Shown one piece after another: positions 55,781-64,000 of a DNA stretch of 64,000 nt; positions within the stretch are counted from its first letter, which is position 1; the number at the start of each line of letters is the position of its first letter. Below the pieces are notes generated by a model. It made no database searches and was not told the DNA's origin. It was given only the letters and a program-made list of their open reading frames with translations. The position numbers and the translations under genes were made by a program. Source of the stretch: Clostridia bacterium (lineage in GTDB: Bacteria > Bacillota > Clostridia > Christensenellales > QALW01); assembly GCA_045600705.1 (NCBI GenBank), contig JAZRYL010000078.1, positions 3,699-67,698 of the forward strand, written 5' to 3'.

Positions 55781-58156
55781 ATGGAAAAAACAGTAACAAT
55801 TTCATCATGGAAATTTGCTTATGAAAAAAACAGTACGGTAAATAAAAAGAATTACTTTTTTACATCACTTGCGGATATAAAGCAGTCCGGGTTAAAACTT
55901 TACAAGGCGACAGTTCCGGGCAATCTTGAACTTGATATGGCAAAATTGGGCAAACTGCCCGAGGATATTTATTTCGGAACGAACATTATTGAAGCACAGA
56001 AGCTTGAATGTGTTCACACATGGAATGTTTCGGAATTTGAAATTGAAAACACCGAGGACGAAAAGGTGCTTCGCTTTGAGGGAATTGACACCTTTGCTGA
56101 AATATTCATTGACGGCGAATATGCGGGTTCAACGGATAATATGCTCATTTCACACGAGTTTTCGATAGATTATGCGGAAAAGGGCAGGCATGAACTGCTT
56201 GTGCATATTCTGCCTACCGAAATCGTTGCCCGTGAAATTCCCATTTCTTCAAGAAACAGAGCAATGAGATATAATATGACGAGCATTTCCGTCAGAAAAG
56301 CGCCGTATATGTACGGTTGGGATATTATGCCCCGAACGGTATCTTCGGGAATTTGGAAACCCGTCAGCGTGGTTTACAAAAAGAGAACAAGACTTGAAGA
56401 AACGTACTTAAGAACGGTACAGCTTCAAGATAATTACTGTGAGCTTGAACTTGAATATTCAATTATGTCCGACCTTGACGATATTAAGGAACTGCGCATT
56501 GAGGTTACGGGAATTTGTGACGACCATAAATTTGAATGTTCGTCGAAAATCGTAAGTGCATTCGGCAGACTTCGGATTTCAAGTGACAGATGCAAGCTTT
56601 GGTGGCCGAAAAATTACGGCGATCCGAATTTGTATGAGTTCACCGTAAAGCTTCTGCACGGCGAAAATGCCGTTGACGAAAAGAAATTTTCATTCGGTAT
56701 TCGTACCGTTGAGCTTGAACGTACTTCACTTGCCGGAAAAGACGGAAAGTTCTGCTTTAAGGTCAACGGACAGAAAATTTTCGTTTTGGGTACAAACTGG
56801 GTTCCTACGGATGCGTTCCCGTCAAGACACGATGAATTTACTCTGCGTGGACTTGAACTTACAAATGAACTTAATTGCAATATGATAAGATGCTGGGGCG
56901 GTAACGTTTATCCCTCCGAAATGCTTTACGATTATTGCGACAGACACGGAATTATGGTATGGCAGGATTTCGCTATGGCCTGCGGAATTTACCCGAATAC
57001 CGATGAATTTATGGCGGCAATAAAGTTTGAAGCAACACAGGTTGTAAAACGGTTAAGACAACATTCCTGCATTGCCTTGTGGTCGGGCGATAACGAGTGC
57101 GACTCAATGTGCAGATGGGTCCGTTCTGCATTTAAGGGCGAGGAAACACAAAGAATGGATCCCAACAGAAACAAAATCACCCGTGAGGTTCTTAAAGACG
57201 TTGTTTATTGGGAGGATAACACACGTCCTTATTTGCCTTCATCTCCGTACGTTGACCAAGTGGCTTATGAAACTAAGCTTCCAATGGCTGAAGATCATCT
57301 TTGGGGTCCGAGAGATTATTTTAAGGGCGATTTCTATAACAAAAATTCCGTATGCCACTTCGCTTCGGAAACCGGTTATCACGGATGCCCTGCACCCCAA
57401 ACACTCAGAAAATTTATTCCCGAAAGCGAACTCAATGATCACGGCGATAAGGAAAAATGCACAAATGCAGCATGGATAGTTCACGCCGCTAATCCGGGAA
57501 CGTCCTTAAACGAACCCTATGCGTACAGAATTCCGCTGATGAGCAGACAGATAGACCGTCTGTTCGGCTTTAACGGTGACGAAAGCATTGACGATTATGC
57601 ACTTATGAGTCAGATATCTCAAGCAGAAGCGGTGAAGTTCTTTATTGAACATTTCAGAATACAAAAATGGTACAGAACGGGTATTATCTGGTGGAATATT
57701 ATTGACGGATGGCCGCAGATTTCCGATGCGGTGGTTGACTGGTACGGAACGAAAAAGCTTGCGTACAGTTATATTATGCGTTCACAAAAGCCCCTTTGTC
57801 TGTTCTTTGACGAGCCCGACGAAAACGGAAATATAACACTTTGCGCTTCTAATGATTTAAGGCAGACAAAAAATATTTCCTACAAAGTTACGGATATGAA
57901 AACGGGCAAAGTAGTTCTTGAAGGAAATTCCGATATAACGAACGATACTACCGTAAGACTCGGCACGGTAAAGGAAGAACATACATACTATTTTATCGAA
58001 TGGTCGGGCGACGTTAAGGGAAATAACCACTTTGTGGGCGCTATCGGCGATAAGGTCGATTACGCTGAATACGTTGACTTTATGAAAAAAGCCGATTATT
58101 TTAACGCTCTTGAAGGATTTGATTTTTCTGCGGTTTGCAACGGAAAGGAAAATTAA
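55781..58156 (+). CDS. GH2-family glycosidase, beta-mannosidase-like
   Basis: CNMIRCWGGNVYPSEMLYDYCDRHGIMVWQDFAMAC and ALWSGDNE blocks are typical of GH2 beta-mannosidases. No signal peptide is present. Confidence 0.7.
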   Translation: MEKTVTISSWKFAYEKNSTVNKKNYFFTSLADIKQSGLKLYKATVPGNLELDMAKLGKLPEDIYFGTNIIEAQKLECVHTWNVSEFEIENTEDEKVLRFEGIDTFAEIFIDGEYAGSTDNMLISHEFSIDYAEKGRHELLVHILPTEIVAREIPISSRNRAMRYNMTSISVRKAPYMYGWDIMPRTVSSGIWKPVSVVYKKRTRLEETYLRTVQLQDNYCELELEYSIMSDLDDIKELRIEVTGICDDHKFECSSKIVSAFGRLRISSDRCKLWWPKNYGDPNLYEFTVKLLHGENAVDEKKFSFGIRTVELERTSLAGKDGKFCFKVNGQKIFVLGTNWVPTDAFPSRHDEFTLRGLELTNELNCNMIRCWGGNVYPSEMLYDYCDRHGIMVWQDFAMACGIYPNTDEFMAAIKFEATQVVKRLRQHSCIALWSGDNECDSMCRWVRSAFKGEETQRMDPNRNKITREVLKDVVYWEDNTRPYLPSSPYVDQVAYETKLPMAEDHLWGPRDYFKGDFYNKNSVCHFASETGYHGCPAPQTLRKFIPESELNDHGDKEKCTNAAWIVHAANPGTSLNEPYAYRIPLMSRQIDRLFGFNGDESIDDYALMSQISQAEAVKFFIEHFRIQKWYRTGIIWWNIIDGWPQISDAVVDWYGTKKLAYSYIMRSQKPLCLFFDEPDENGNITLCASNDLRQTKNISYKVTDMKTGKVVLEGNSDITNDTTVRLGTVKEEHTYYFIEWSGDVKGNNHFVGAIGDKVDYAEYVDFMKKADYFNALEGFDFSAVCNGKEN

Positions 58157-58158
58157 AA

Positions 58159-59205
58159 ATGTTACAATTGATTGATAAAAGTAAAAATTCATACAAGGCG
58201 GCGCTTCATGTTCATACCACGGTTTCCGACGGAAAGATGACTCCGGAGGAGGTCAAGCAGGCATATCGCAACGAGGGATATTCCGTAGTGGCATTTACAG
58301 ACCATCAGGTTTTTGTTCCGCACAACGATTTGACCGAGGAAGGTTTTTTAGCAATCAACAGTGTGGAATATGCTCTTAATTACACGCCTCACGAATTGGG
58401 CGGTTGGCCGTTTATTCATACGTATCATTTGAATATGTATGCTAAATCCCCGGACACCGATTTTACTTCGCTGATTTCACCCGTAACCGTGTGGCTGAAA
58501 CAGTCATTGCCTTATATTTCCGAAGAAATGCAACAAAATACCTATGTTCCTGAATACTCCATTGCGGGCTTTAATGAATGGATAAGCCGTGCCAATGATG
58601 AAGGATTTCTTGTTTGCTACAATCATCCGCTTGGCAACCGTCATTCATATCCGGATTATGCCGGATTAAAGGGACTTTGGGGTGTTGAATGGTTCAATTA
58701 CGGCTCAAACCGCAGCGGTATGATAGAAACTATCGGGCCGATGGACGACCTTTTGCATAACGGTCAGCAGGTTTTCCCGATAGCGGGGGATGACTCCCAC
58801 GAGCTGAACGGCTGCTTTGGCGGCTTTTGTATGATTCAGGCAAACGAACTTTCGTATGCTTCAATTTTGGACGCCATGGAAAAAGGCGATTTCTATTCGT
58901 CTACCGGACCGCTGTTTGAAAGCGTCATTCTTGACGGAACAAAACTCACCGTGGAAACATCGGGGGTACGGGACGTATTTGTAACAACTGAACGACGTGT
59001 TCAGTACCCGAAGTCAAGCAAAGAAAAACCCATTACCGAAGCCGTGTTCGATTTGGCTGATTATATTGAACAAAGTCACTTATCCGAAGAAATATGGAAT
59101 CAAGCATGGTTCCGCATTACGTTGTACGATTTCAGCGGAAAAGAAGCGCACACCCGTGCGTATTTCTTAAAGGAACTGTTCCCGAACGAAGAAAAAAATA
59201 AATAA
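58159..59205 (+). CDS. PHP-domain metal-dependent phosphoesterase
   Basis: N-terminal PHP motif ALHVHTTVSDG and a later AFTDH. ATG 58159 follows GGAAAGGAAA. Confidence 0.65.
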   Translation: MLQLIDKSKNSYKAALHVHTTVSDGKMTPEEVKQAYRNEGYSVVAFTDHQVFVPHNDLTEEGFLAINSVEYALNYTPHELGGWPFIHTYHLNMYAKSPDTDFTSLISPVTVWLKQSLPYISEEMQQNTYVPEYSIAGFNEWISRANDEGFLVCYNHPLGNRHSYPDYAGLKGLWGVEWFNYGSNRSGMIETIGPMDDLLHNGQQVFPIAGDDSHELNGCFGGFCMIQANELSYASILDAMEKGDFYSSTGPLFESVILDGTKLTVETSGVRDVFVTTERRVQYPKSSKEKPITEAVFDLADYIEQSHLSEEIWNQAWFRITLYDFSGKEAHTRAYFLKELFPNEEKNK

Positions 59206-59232
59206 GAATCGTTCACAAATGAGAACGAAAAT

Positions 59233-59264
59233 AAAAAAGAACCGCGTATAGCGGTTCTTTTTTG
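59233..59264. terminator. Bidirectional intrinsic terminator
   Basis: AAAAAGAACCGC-GTATA-GCGGTTCTTTTT. Confidence 0.85.
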
Positions 59265-59278
59265 TATATTTGATTTTA

Positions 59279-60532
59279 TCAGTCTATTCTCTTAATGTCT
59301 GCACCTAATTCGGTGAGTTTTTCAACGATTTTTTCGTAGCCTCGGTCAATGTAGTGAACACCCGAAATGGTCGTTGTGCCCTCTGCCATAAGACCTGCAA
59401 CGATAAGTGCGGCGCCGCCACGGAGGTCAAGCGCTTCGACGGACGTGCCGTAAAGTTTTTCAACACCGGTAATGGTGGCAATTCTGTCGTTATAATCGTT
59501 GTTTCCGCCCATTTTCTTGATTTCGTCAAGATGACGGTAACGCTGCTCGAAAATTGTTTCCACAATGGTGCTTGTTCCCTGCGCAATCGAAAGTAATGCG
59601 GAGAACGGCTGCTGAAGGTCGGTGGGGAAGCCGGGATAAACCATCGTTTTAACTCTCACGGCTTTCGGGCGTCTGTTAAGCGGAATAATGCGAAGCGTGT
59701 CTTCGCCCTCGTCAATTCGGTAACCTGCCTCGTAAAGCTTTGCGGAAAGCGATTCCATGTGAATGGGAATACAGTTCCTTATAGTAATATCACTGTTTGT
59801 TGCGGCGGCAATTATCATCCACGTGCCCGTTTCTATTTGGTCGGGAATAAGCGTGTAATTGCAGGAACGAAGTTTCTTTACACCGATAATTCTTATTGTG
59901 TCGGTTCCTGCACCCTTGATTTTTGCGCCCATATTGTTAAGGAAGTTGGCAACGTCAATAACGTGAGGTTCTTTTGCACAGTTGAAAATTGTGGTAACGC
60001 CCTCAGCCTTAACCGCTGCAAGCATAATATTGATAGTTGCACCAACGCTAACAACGTCAAGATACACTTCGGCGCCGACTAATTTTTCTGCGGTGATATC
60101 AACAACGTCCGTGACCTTATATTCTGCACCTAATGCGGAAAATCCCTTTAAGTGCTGGTCGATGGGGCGCTTGCCGATAAAGCATCCTCCCGGAGGGGGA
60201 ACGGTGGCATGTCCGAAACGTGTAAGAAGCGCACCCATAAGATAATATGAAGCACGCATTTTTTTTGCGAGATTTTTATCCGGACAAACGTCTTTAACAC
60301 CTGTGGGGTCAATAGTTATCTGTCCCGGAACGGAAAGATCAACCTTTGCGCCCATAGAACGCATTGTTTCGGCAATGACCTTAACGTCGTCAATATCGGG
60401 AATATTATCTATAACACAAATACCGTCGGAAATAAGTGCTGCAGGAATAATCGCAACCGCCGCATTTTTTGCGCCGCTTACAGAAACTTCACCGTGCATT
60501 TGCTTTCCGCCGTTGATAAGTAGTTTACTCAA
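59279..60532 (-). CDS. murA: UDP-N-acetylglucosamine 1-carboxyvinyltransferase
   Basis: The N-terminus (LLINGGKQMHGEVSVSGAKNAAVAI) and full-length MurA-like blocks are present, including the active-site loop KRPID. The start is uncertain. An in-frame TTG at 60532 gives a canonical N-terminus, but AGGAGG lies 30 nt upstream of it and the ORF-track TTG at 60583 is further out. Confidence 0.85.
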   Translation of the reverse strand: MSKLLINGGKQMHGEVSVSGAKNAAVAIIPAALISDGICVIDNIPDIDDVKVIAETMRSMGAKVDLSVPGQITIDPTGVKDVCPDKNLAKKMRASYYLMGALLTRFGHATVPPPGGCFIGKRPIDQHLKGFSALGAEYKVTDVVDITAEKLVGAEVYLDVVSVGATINIMLAAVKAEGVTTIFNCAKEPHVIDVANFLNNMGAKIKGAGTDTIRIIGVKKLRSCNYTLIPDQIETGTWMIIAAATNSDITIRNCIPIHMESLSAKLYEAGYRIDEGEDTLRIIPLNRRPKAVRVKTMVYPGFPTDLQQPFSALLSIAQGTSTIVETIFEQRYRHLDEIKKMGGNNDYNDRIATITGVEKLYGTSVEALDLRGGAALIVAGLMAEGTTTISGVHYIDRGYEKIVEKLTELGADIKRID

Positions 60533-60653
60533 AATGCTTATGTATTCCGCAAAAGCGGAACTCCTCCTAATCTTTAGTCGCAAATACTATTTTATCATTT
60601 TTATTGCAATTTTGCAATAGTTTTTTAAGTTGGATGAAAAATTGAATATTTTT

Positions 60654-60682
60654 GTATAGACTTATTCTTTTGGACACATAAT
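60654..60682 (+). promoter_or_regulatory. Candidate forespore (sigma-F/sigma-G type) promoter of spoIIR
   Basis: GTATA (60654-60658) is followed by GGACACATAAT (60672-60682). This loosely fits G(H/Y)ATA ... GGnnAnAnT / CATAnTA patterns. The spacing is imperfect. Confidence 0.3.
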
Positions 60683-60712
60683 CTGACCGTAAAAGAAAGA
60701 AGGAGTTTAACT

Positions 60713-61210
60713 ATGAAAAGAATAATCGCATTGGCAACGGCAATAGTTTTATCGGTAATAATGGCGGTGGCGGTGAACGACCCAAAGGATATTGTCAGAA
60801 TACATATTCGTGCAAATTCGGATTCCGAAGCCGACCAGCAGGTAAAAATTCAGGTGAGGGACGAAATAAACGAATATTTGTCACCGAAACTTACAAATGT
60901 GAAAACGAAAAAGCAGGCTGAAGAAATAATCAGTGGTGCTATTCCCGAAATAAAGGAAATAGCGGAAAATGTTTCCGGCGAAAATGTGAATGTAACACTC
61001 TCGGAAGAACAGTTCCCGGAAAAAACGTATAATGACAAGGTTTATCCGGCAGGAGAATATACAGCGCTTATTGTTTCGATAGGCGAGGGAGAGGGACATA
61101 ATTGGTGGTGTGTGGCGTTTCCGCCCATGTGCTATACAAGCTCGAAAAGCGGAAAAACCGAATACAGATCACTTATATATGATTTTTTGGAAAGGATAGG
61201 AATACTATGA
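60713..61210 (+). CDS. spoIIR: Stage II sporulation protein R
   Basis: Signal/TM N-terminus. VRIHIRANSDSEADQQVKIQVRDEI and HNWWCVAFPPMC are hallmark SpoIIR blocks. Confidence 0.85.
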   Translation: MKRIIALATAIVLSVIMAVAVNDPKDIVRIHIRANSDSEADQQVKIQVRDEINEYLSPKLTNVKTKKQAEEIISGAIPEIKEIAENVSGENVNVTLSEEQFPEKTYNDKVYPAGEYTALIVSIGEGEGHNWWCVAFPPMCYTSSKSGKTEYRSLIYDFLERIGIL

Positions 61211-61833
61211 AAAAAATACTTGCTTTAATAATTACGGTTGTAGTTTTAACGGTTTCGGTATCGGCGCTGTCGCTAAGCCGAGGTAATACGGGCGACAACG
61301 TAAAACGGTTGCAGGAAAAACTTAACGAATTTGGATATTCGGTGCAAGTGGACGGAATATTCGGCAGCAAAACAAAAAAGGCGGTAGAACAGTACCAAAA
61401 GGACAACGGCTTGACCGTTGACGGCATTGCAGGGCCTAAAACGTTAAGCAAAATGGGACTTGAAATCGCATCAAACAATTCGAGTTCGGAAATATATCTT
61501 TTGGCAAGAGCGGTATATGCGGAGGCACGTGGCGAAGCGTATATCGGCAAGGTGGCGGTGGCGGCGGTTATTCTTAACCGAATAGACGATCCGCTTTTCC
61601 CCAATTCCGTTTCCGGCGTGGTTTATCAGCCGGGAGCATTTGACTCGGTATCCGACGGGCAAATCAATCTTTCTCCCGACGAAGAATGTATTCGTGCCGC
61701 CCGTGATGCGTTCGGTGGGTGGGATCCTACAAACGGATGCGTTTATTATTACAATCCGAAGAATACAACTAATAAATGGATGCTCAGCAAGGACGTAGTT
61801 CTTACTGTGGGCAATCACGTTTTTTGTAGGTGA
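61207..61833 (+). CDS. sleB: Spore cortex-lytic enzyme SleB-like (PG-binding domain plus Hydrolase_2)
   Basis: PG_binding_1 repeat (GDNVKRLQEKLNEFGYSVQVDGIFGSKTKKAVEQYQKDNGLTVDGIAGPKT). SleB/CwlJ catalytic block (LLARAVYAEARGE...VAAVILNRI...VVYQPGAF). Confidence 0.8.
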   Translation: MKKILALIITVVVLTVSVSALSLSRGNTGDNVKRLQEKLNEFGYSVQVDGIFGSKTKKAVEQYQKDNGLTVDGIAGPKTLSKMGLEIASNNSSSEIYLLARAVYAEARGEAYIGKVAVAAVILNRIDDPLFPNSVSGVVYQPGAFDSVSDGQINLSPDEECIRAARDAFGGWDPTNGCVYYYNPKNTTNKWMLSKDVVLTVGNHVFCR

Positions 61834-61837
61834 TATT

Positions 61838-63106
61838 ATGAAAAAAACTTTTGCGATAATTATTATATCGGTACTTTTTGTACTTTTAATGACTATGAGC
61901 GTTGCGGCAATTTGCGAATCCGCACGGGCGAACAAATTTCAAATTCGCTATGAAAACGCACTTAAATCGTCGCTTTCACAAAGCATAAGCGATATGCGAA
62001 CTATCGAAAGCGATTTATCAAAACTTCTTGTAACAACAGACAGAAATTCCGAAATGCTTGCTTCCGTTGCACTTAAAAGTGCAGGGTGCGGCAACAATTT
62101 GTCACTTCTTCCCATAGTGGCAACAAATGCGCAAAACGTGCTTAAATTCACAAATCAGCTTTCGTCCTATTGCACTACGGTGTTAAAAGAAGATTCTCTG
62201 CCCGAAAATTTTGATCAGCAGATTTTTGAATTTTTCGAAACAAGCACGCAGGTAAATTTACAGCTTTCCGCACTTGAAACACAAATACTTTCCGGCGAAC
62301 TTGACATTCTGACCGTAGGTGACGGCAAAACATCAAGCGACGGAATGTTCGGCAGCATTACGGACAGCATTATGGAATATCCGTCAGTCATTTTTGACGG
62401 TCCGTTTTCCGACGGGCAGGAAAGTACCACACCAAAGGTGAAACGTGAAGCGATTTCTGCGGAAACGGCGCAGAATATTGCAGAAAAACTTGGCTTTAAT
62501 GTGGAATATTCGGGAGAAATTGACGGTGTTATTCCTGCGTATTTGCTTAAAGGCGAAAACAGCAGTGTGCAGATAACAAAAGAGGGCGGATTGCTTTTAA
62601 TGGCGGTTTCCGAACGTGAAGTGAACGAAAAAAATATGTCCGTGGAGGACGGACAGACCTATGCACTTGAATTTGTTGAAAAACTCGGCTACGGAAGTGT
62701 GAAAAACGTTTGGCAGGAAAACTACGGAAATACGGCGATTTACAATTTTGCCACTGATTTTGACGGAGTAATATGTTATCCGGATATTTTTAAGGTTAAG
62801 GTTGCACTTGATAACGGAGAAATACTGTCGTATGAAGGGAAAAGTTACGTTATCAATAACCGTGAACGTGAAAAGGAACAACCTAAAATTTCAAAAAACG
62901 AGTGCGCAGAAAAGTTAAAAGGCGGGTTTACCGTAACTTCGGCACGGCTTTGCGTGATTTCCGTAAACAATAAGGAAAAACTTGCCTGGGAATTTTTCGG
63001 AGAATACAAAAATATGAAGTATGTTCTTTATTATTCCGCACAAAACGGCGAAGAACTGACTTCGTTCAGAATAATCAATTCGGATTCGGGTGAAATGGTT
63101 ATTTAG
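61838..63106 (+). CDS. ypeB: Germination protein YpeB-like
   Basis: Position immediately after sleB, an N-terminal TM helix, and C-terminal PepSY-like repeats. Confidence 0.7.
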   Translation: MKKTFAIIIISVLFVLLMTMSVAAICESARANKFQIRYENALKSSLSQSISDMRTIESDLSKLLVTTDRNSEMLASVALKSAGCGNNLSLLPIVATNAQNVLKFTNQLSSYCTTVLKEDSLPENFDQQIFEFFETSTQVNLQLSALETQILSGELDILTVGDGKTSSDGMFGSITDSIMEYPSVIFDGPFSDGQESTTPKVKREAISAETAQNIAEKLGFNVEYSGEIDGVIPAYLLKGENSSVQITKEGGLLLMAVSEREVNEKNMSVEDGQTYALEFVEKLGYGSVKNVWQENYGNTAIYNFATDFDGVICYPDIFKVKVALDNGEILSYEGKSYVINNREREKEQPKISKNECAEKLKGGFTVTSARLCVISVNNKEKLAWEFFGEYKNMKYVLYYSAQNGEELTSFRIINSDSGEMVI

Positions 63107-63202
63107 CGGTTCAAAAATATACTGTTACACTGGTATAAAAATGTTGTGAATATTTCCCTTTTGCGGTATAATATAAAAAACAGGCAAAAGGGAGTGGAAA
63201 AA

Positions 63203-63865
63203 GTGGTTTACATTGTTGAGGACGACGACAGTATAAGGGAACTTGTGGTATATACTCTTAATTCTACGGGAATAGAGGCAATGGGCTTCGGACTTCCGTC
63301 GGAATTTCATAAGCAAATGAAAATCGCTTTGCCCGACATTGTTTTACTTGACATTATGTTGCCTGAGGAAGACGGACTTTCCATTCTTGATAAAATCCGA
63401 AACAGCAGCGATACGGCCGAATTACCCGTTATTCTGCTCACGGCAAAGGGAAGCGAATACGACAAGGTTATAGGCCTTGACAGAGGCGCAGACGATTATA
63501 TTCCCAAACCGTTCGGAATGATGGAACTTGTGGCTCGTATAAAAGCATTGCTCAGAAGAAGCAACAGAAACACGGATGAATATTCGGTAGGCAAACTATA
63601 TATTTCGCAAACGAAACACAAGGTGCTTGTGGACGGCAAGGAAATTTCTCTTACACTTAAGGAATTTGAACTGTTATTGCTGCTTGTGAAAAATGAAAAC
63701 ACCGTTTTAACTCGTGACAGATTGCTTGAAAAAATATGGGGATATTCCTTTGACGGCGAAAACAGAACGGTTGACGTGCATATAAGAACTTTGCGCCAGA
63801 AATTAGGTTCGGCAGGAGATATGATAGAAACCGTGCGAGGCGTGGGCTATAAGTTTTTAAGATAA
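63203..63865 (+). CDS. OmpR/PhoB-family response regulator
   Basis: Receiver blocks (YIVEDDDSI, LLDIMLPEEDG, ILLTAKG, KPF). Winged-helix output (RTVDVHIRTLRQKL, VRGVGYKF). GTG 63203 follows AAGGGAG, and the ORF-track start at 63146 is an over-extension. Confidence 0.85.
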   Translation: MVYIVEDDDSIRELVVYTLNSTGIEAMGFGLPSEFHKQMKIALPDIVLLDIMLPEEDGLSILDKIRNSSDTAELPVILLTAKGSEYDKVIGLDRGADDYIPKPFGMMELVARIKALLRRSNRNTDEYSVGKLYISQTKHKVLVDGKEISLTLKEFELLLLLVKNENTVLTRDRLLEKIWGYSFDGENRTVDVHIRTLRQKLGSAGDMIETVRGVGYKFLR

Positions 63866-63892
63866 AAAACTGAAAACAAAATACAATAAAAA

Positions 63893-63934
63893 ATACCCGC
63901 TGAAAAAATATTTTTCAGCGGGTTGTTTGTTTTA
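63893..63934. terminator. Bidirectional intrinsic terminator
   Basis: 13-bp stem ACCCGCTGAAAAA / TTTTTCAGCGGGT. Confidence 0.8.
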
Positions 63935-64000
63935 GTTCGATGAATAGGGGTGTTCCTCTTATTTATCTTCCTTGTCGTTTTTATCTACGGCTTTTTTTAT

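Noticed and set aside
63959-64000. An open minus-strand frame ending ...IKKAVDKNDKEDK-stop at the window edge.
   Set aside because: It may be the 3' end of a convergent gene sharing the bidirectional terminator. Only 13 codons are visible, which is too little to call a feature.
1-64000. A scan for CRISPR arrays, tRNA or rRNA genes, prophage or integrase genes, toxin-antitoxin pairs and known defence-system hallmarks.
   Set aside because: I found no regularly spaced direct repeats, no cloverleaf-like or rRNA-like segments, and no integrase, recombinase, nuclease-helicase or methyltransferase genes. By eye the window does not contain a recognisable defence or mobile island. This is a manual scan without tools, so small elements could have been missed.

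Overview
This 64-kb window looks like a chromosomal segment from a spore-forming, Gram-positive anaerobe of the Clostridia type. The evidence is spoIIR-sleB-ypeB, cohesin, dockerin and SLH modules, AT-rich intergenic regions, sigma-A-type promoters and many intrinsic terminators.

Content is mostly housekeeping genes: glnS, asnS, ychF, murA, nadE, mscL, a malic enzyme, an amino-acid ABC transporter and a uracil permease. Interleaved with these is an unusually dense set of carbohydrate-active enzymes: GH36, two DUF5060/DUF4038 GH140-like proteins, GH28-like, GH116, GH2, a clan GH-A enzyme, a heparinase II/III-like protein, and CE2-like, SGNH and SASA esterases.

Two classical riboswitches are readable directly in the sequence. 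One is a lysine riboswitch upstream of an NhaC-family transporter. The other is a THF riboswitch upstream of folT.

I found no rRNA, tRNA, CRISPR array, prophage or recognisable defence island, and no obvious multi-gene novel system.

The observations most worth a second look are:
- A perfect 28-nt inverted repeat of hairpin-forming sequence inside a solitary Y1/HUH transposase-like gene.
- An unclassified terminator-containing leader upstream of the uracil permease.
- A recurrent signal-peptide plus C-terminal helix plus poly-lysine tail-anchor architecture on four surface carbohydrate-active proteins.
- A LicD-GT4-NadE-glycerol-1-phosphate dehydrogenase operon.
- An AraC-linked ROK-GmhA-GH2-PHP operon.
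- Pho-box-like direct repeats upstream of a Na/Pi cotransporter next to an unpaired PhoR-like kinase.

Several ORF-track starts are N-terminal over-extensions. I corrected them using Shine-Dalgarno placement.
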